From positions 1 to 64,000 of the forward strand of contig JAYWIR010000088.1 in NCBI GenBank assembly GCA_036172245.1: 64,000 nucleotides of DNA, written 5' to 3'. Position 1 is the first letter of the stretch. Every line of letters begins with the position of its first letter. The position numbers were made by a program, and so were the translations under genes. Positions 60,301-64,000 of the stretch are shown one piece after another. The stretch is from Raillietiella orientalis. Taxonomy: Eukaryota. Below the pieces are notes generated by a model that saw only the letters and a program-made list of their open reading frames with translations, was not told the DNA's origin and searched no databases.

Positions 60301-61581
60301 AAAGTCCAGCACGAGCCCCCACGGCCGGGAACGGGGGACTCCTCGCCAGGAGAGGTCGCTTGCCCACGGTGACGTCACGGCTCCGCAACGAATCCCCCCC
60401 CGTGAAGTTCCCAAGGAGGCCGCAGCTGCCGGGAAGGGGGGAGGGAGGGGGGGGGGGAAATGCGGAAGAAATATACCAGCTGGTGGGGAGAGGGAAGCCT
60501 CCCTGCGGCGGGCGGTAAAGGGCGAGGCCGCGCGGAGAGGCGCGCCCCGCTCCCGACGGGAATCCTGGAGGCTTCGCCGGGAGTTCCCGTTGCTCGCCGT
60601 TTCCTTCCCGGATCGGTTCCCGGCGCGCGACAGCTTCCTCCTTTGGAGGAGGAGCACCCCCGCCCGGAGGCCCTCGCCGCCCGTCCGTGGCGGAGGATGG
60701 AACAGCCGTAGGCCGCCGCCGTCACCCCGACGAGCTCTATCCTGCCGGCACCTCCCGCCGCCGCCGCCGCCGCATCCGGGATGGCCCGCATGCCCGTCCC
60801 GAGCGTGCCCGCGAGCGGGAGGCGTCCGCGAGACTGGCGGCTAGCCTCCCTCGCCCGCGCGCGCAGCCTGGGGTAGCCTCCCACGCGGCAGCCTGGCGCG
60901 CGGCGGCGGTAGCCTCCCAGCGCGTTCGAAATTAGCCTCGCTCGTGCGCGCTTCGAATTCGCGCGGGAGGAGCAGCCGCGTGGGAGTCACGTTGCCTGCG
61001 GGTGCTTGCGACGTGCACACGATGACTTCGCGCTCGCGACGTGTGTCGGCAGAAATCCTGGGGATGCCGAGAGAGGGAGAGAGAACGCGACCCGACCCAC
61101 GTGGAAGCAGGCATCGGAAACCGATTAAGCCGTGTCCCTTCCGGCTCACTTCATAATGAAGCGGTCATTACGTACCGCGGAGTTCATTGATCCGATCCGC
61201 TGCGCGGCATTCCTCCTCCTCCTCCCGCAGCCTCTCGCGCTTCCCACTGCTGCTGCAACCGACGGGTTTCCAGCACTGCGGTTCTCTCCCCCCCCCCCCT
61301 TTTCCCACCCTCCCCCCATGCGTTCGCGCCCGCTTTCGCCGCCCGCTCGTTCCCGGCCCCACGAGTCCGTAGGCCGCGGCCGCACTTTCCCTTTCCTCCG
61401 CCACGAAGGTGTCGAAAGAGCGCGTTTGGAAACGCCCGGCGGCGGCCCGGGCCTCGCCCGCGTCCGTCACGAGGCGCCCTCCTTCGAAAGTGGAATTCCC
61501 GAATGGCATTTTGCAAGGAGGGCTCAAAGTCCGACAGCCGTGTCACACGTGCGGCCACGAACCGCCGCCGGGAAGAATCCG

Positions 61582-61632
61582 GGACGGACGGACGGACGGA
61601 CGGACCGCGCGTGCGCGCCGTCCGTCCGTCCG
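61582..61632. repeat. (GGAC)n facing (GTCC)n microsatellite inverted repeat
   Basis: GGACGGACGGACGGACGGACGGAC, then a CGCGCGTGCGCGCC spacer, then GTCCGTCCGTCCG. Confidence 0.7.
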
Positions 61633-64000
61633 TTCGTCCCGGGAAGAGTTCGGGATCAGAGATGGCGGCGGCGGCGGCCGTCTTCGCCCCCCCCCCCCTT
61701 CCTCCTTCTCCTCCTCCCTCTCCCTCTCGCTCTCCTGGGAAAGGGCAAAAGGAGTTTCCTCCGACGGGGGAGGGGGGGGGGGGGCAGATGACGAGCCGAA
61801 TGCCGCTCGCCGCAAGCTTTTTCGTTCGCTTGCGCAAGCGCGAAGCGTCACGCGAGCGGCGGAGTTCCTTCTTTTCCTTTTTCTTCCCCCTTTTTGGTTG
61901 TTCGTATGTGTGTGTGTGAGGGCTTCCCGTGCGCTCGAAAAGCGCATCGAGGAATTTCCTGGCCGCCCTCCCCGCTTTCGAGCGCGGGCGGGCGTCCTGG
62001 AAGGGCCGGGCGGCATCCGCTGCTGGCGCACGCGCGGGCGGGCTCTCGCCCGTTCGTTTCCCTTTCCCGCCGTCGGAGGGAATCGCTGGCGCTCCCGGAG
62101 GGCGCCCGACCGCCACGCGGCTCGGGACCGCGGGCAGGCTGGCGGGAAGCGCGGGCCGGCCACCTCGTGGCAGCCGGCCGGAAGGGGGCCGCGGACCAAA
62201 CAGGCCACGTCCTCGGCGCCATGGACGGCCACGGGAAGGGCGGGGCGTCCTCGTCTCCGTGGAGACGGCGGCGAACCCTCCCCACCCGGAGGGATGAGAG
62301 CCGTCCCACGTCCACTTGCCCTTCCACGGTCTCCCGCCCCGCGGGAAGAGGCCGAGGAAGCGGCGCTTCCGAGACAGGCGAACGGAGGAGGGCCCCATGC
62401 CCACGGGCGACGCCGTTCCTCCGCGTGCCGTCGCCTCCTTCGCAGAAGACGGCTTGACCACGGCGCTGCGGTCCGTGGCCAGGGGGGTCGAACGCCCCCC
62501 TGCCTTCGGCGCTGTCCGAACCTCGCGGCGCCTCCGAGGAACGAGTGACCCGCCCCTCCCGCCTGGGCGGGTCGAGGCAGGAGGTCCGGGGAGACCCCCG
62601 GCAGGACGCAAGCTCCGGGGGGCAGACGCAGCCTGAGCGCTCGTCGCTGCGGGCCCGGGTGGGACAAAGTCGTCCGTCGAGGGAATTGAATCCACGGCTG
62701 CCCCCCTCCTCCCCTTCGCGGGCCAGCCCCCTCGGAACGAGCGCGTGCGCGCCGCCGCCCAAAACCCCCGCAGTTGCTTCTTTTTCTTTTTTGGAATGCA
62801 CAGCGCGTGCGGCCCGGCCCCTCCTTGCGAAACGTCCGGCGCCCGCGCGCTTCCGCCCGGTCGAGCAGACGAGCAGGGCGAACGAGGACGACGCGCTTCC
62901 CCCCCTCCTACCCCCGGAGGCTACGCCAGACGCCGGCCGATCGATCGATCGATCCCGCGGAGGGCCGCCGCGCGACCCTCTGAGGAGCGGCGGGGCCCGC
63001 GAAGGGTGCGCGAAGTTTCCGTCCCCGCGAGGGCACTTTGACGCTTTGCGAATCGCACAGTAGTCCTCGGCGCCATCACATGATCGCCCCCCCCCCTTCT
63101 CTCCCCGCCTCTTTTGGCGCACGCGCACGCTGCGCAGTTTTCCGCGAAAAACGTGCCCGGCGCGCGCGGGCCGGAGACGCTCCCGGGAGAGTGGCGGCGG
63201 CGGCCATCTCTCGGACCACGTGACCGCCTGCGTCATCTCGGAGCCGCGCGCTTGGGGAAATTCAAACCGGCCAATCAGCAGCTCGCGCGGAAGGAACGAA
63301 CGCGATCGGGAAAGATGGAGGAACTGCGCGCGGCCGTCCCCATTCCGCATGGTTGTCTTTCGCCGCTTCGGGGTCTCTCTCTTCTTTTCGGTGGCCGTTC
63401 GTTCCGTCTTCCTGGAATCGCGCTCATCTCCAGCGCCTACAGGCTATCCGCCGGCGCCTCGCCTGCGCACGGCGAGTAACGGAGCGCGGGGGGGGGCGAG
63501 GACAAGGCGCCTCCTTTCCGGGAAGAAGGTTGACCTGCGGAGAAGAATGGGGATTTTCCCAGATGTCCCGGCCTGCTGGATCGGCAGCGACACGGGGTGC
63601 TCACCACCACCCCGTGGGACCCGGAAACCTCCTCGGTCGACGAATGGCGCCGCATTCCCCTCCCCTTTCTCTCCGAGCGGATGTGCAGCTTTTCCGGGAA
63701 CCCTGAGAGCGCCGCGACGCATGCCCGCTGGCGCCGCCATGCAGGCGACCACCAACGGGCCCGGTGACCCTCTTGGCGCGCAACGCCGGCTAATGGAGGT
63801 TTCGGACAGGAAGGAGCCCGCAGTTCCCTGGCGAAGAGGAGCGGCAGCTGCTTGTGATGCCGGCTGCGCCAGGTGCCCCCTCCTCCCTTTCGTCAGGTGT
63901 GGTCCCTGCGCGCCAGGATTCCAAAAGAGCCTTCGACTTCCGCAGAAAAGCGCACGCTCTTTTAAAGGTCCAGCAGCAGCGTGGGGGATTCGCCGAGGGT

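Noticed and set aside
55000..64000. Long ORFs of 300-500 aa as real genes
   Set aside because: They overlap in several frames on both strands, are R/G/P/A-rich with no recognisable motifs, and are expected from high GC and stop-codon scarcity.

Overview
Eukaryotic repeat-rich DNA with no recognisable host gene. Positions 1 to ~47,950 are a continuous nest of ~22 decayed non-LTR retrotransposon segments of the L1 clade (Tx1-like). ORF1 carries CCHC zinc knuckles. ORF2 encodes an AP endonuclease (APE; WNVNG/LQEIH/GDFN/SDH), a reverse transcriptase (RT; KAFD, RQGD, YADD, GGLG) and a C-terminal Cx2Cx7Hx4C finger. About six families are present; the labels A-F are mine. Two copies are essentially full length (4653-10556 +, 16534-22056 -). 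The nesting is not random: each family inserts at a fixed codon position and fixed orientation inside the endonuclease-coding region of other elements. Family A inserts in sense at the GDFN codons (one copy shows a 9-bp target-site duplication, TSD). Family B inserts antisense at 'AQEI'. Family C inserts antisense right after 'G(F/V)xxxxL'. This looks like a community of retrotransposons that target one another and build their own array. The families lack a poly(A) tail and end in a conserved hairpin with an M-GNRA loop. Most share an AGTGCGGACG-like 5' start and a TAATG stop/start overlap between ORF1 and ORF2. From ~48 kb onward there are T-rich tracts, degenerate tRNA-like motifs, one more 5'-truncated copy and ~9 kb of very GC-rich sequence that I cannot assign. 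Boundaries were read by eye: within a few bp at insertion junctions, and about 10-30 bp at deletion junctions.
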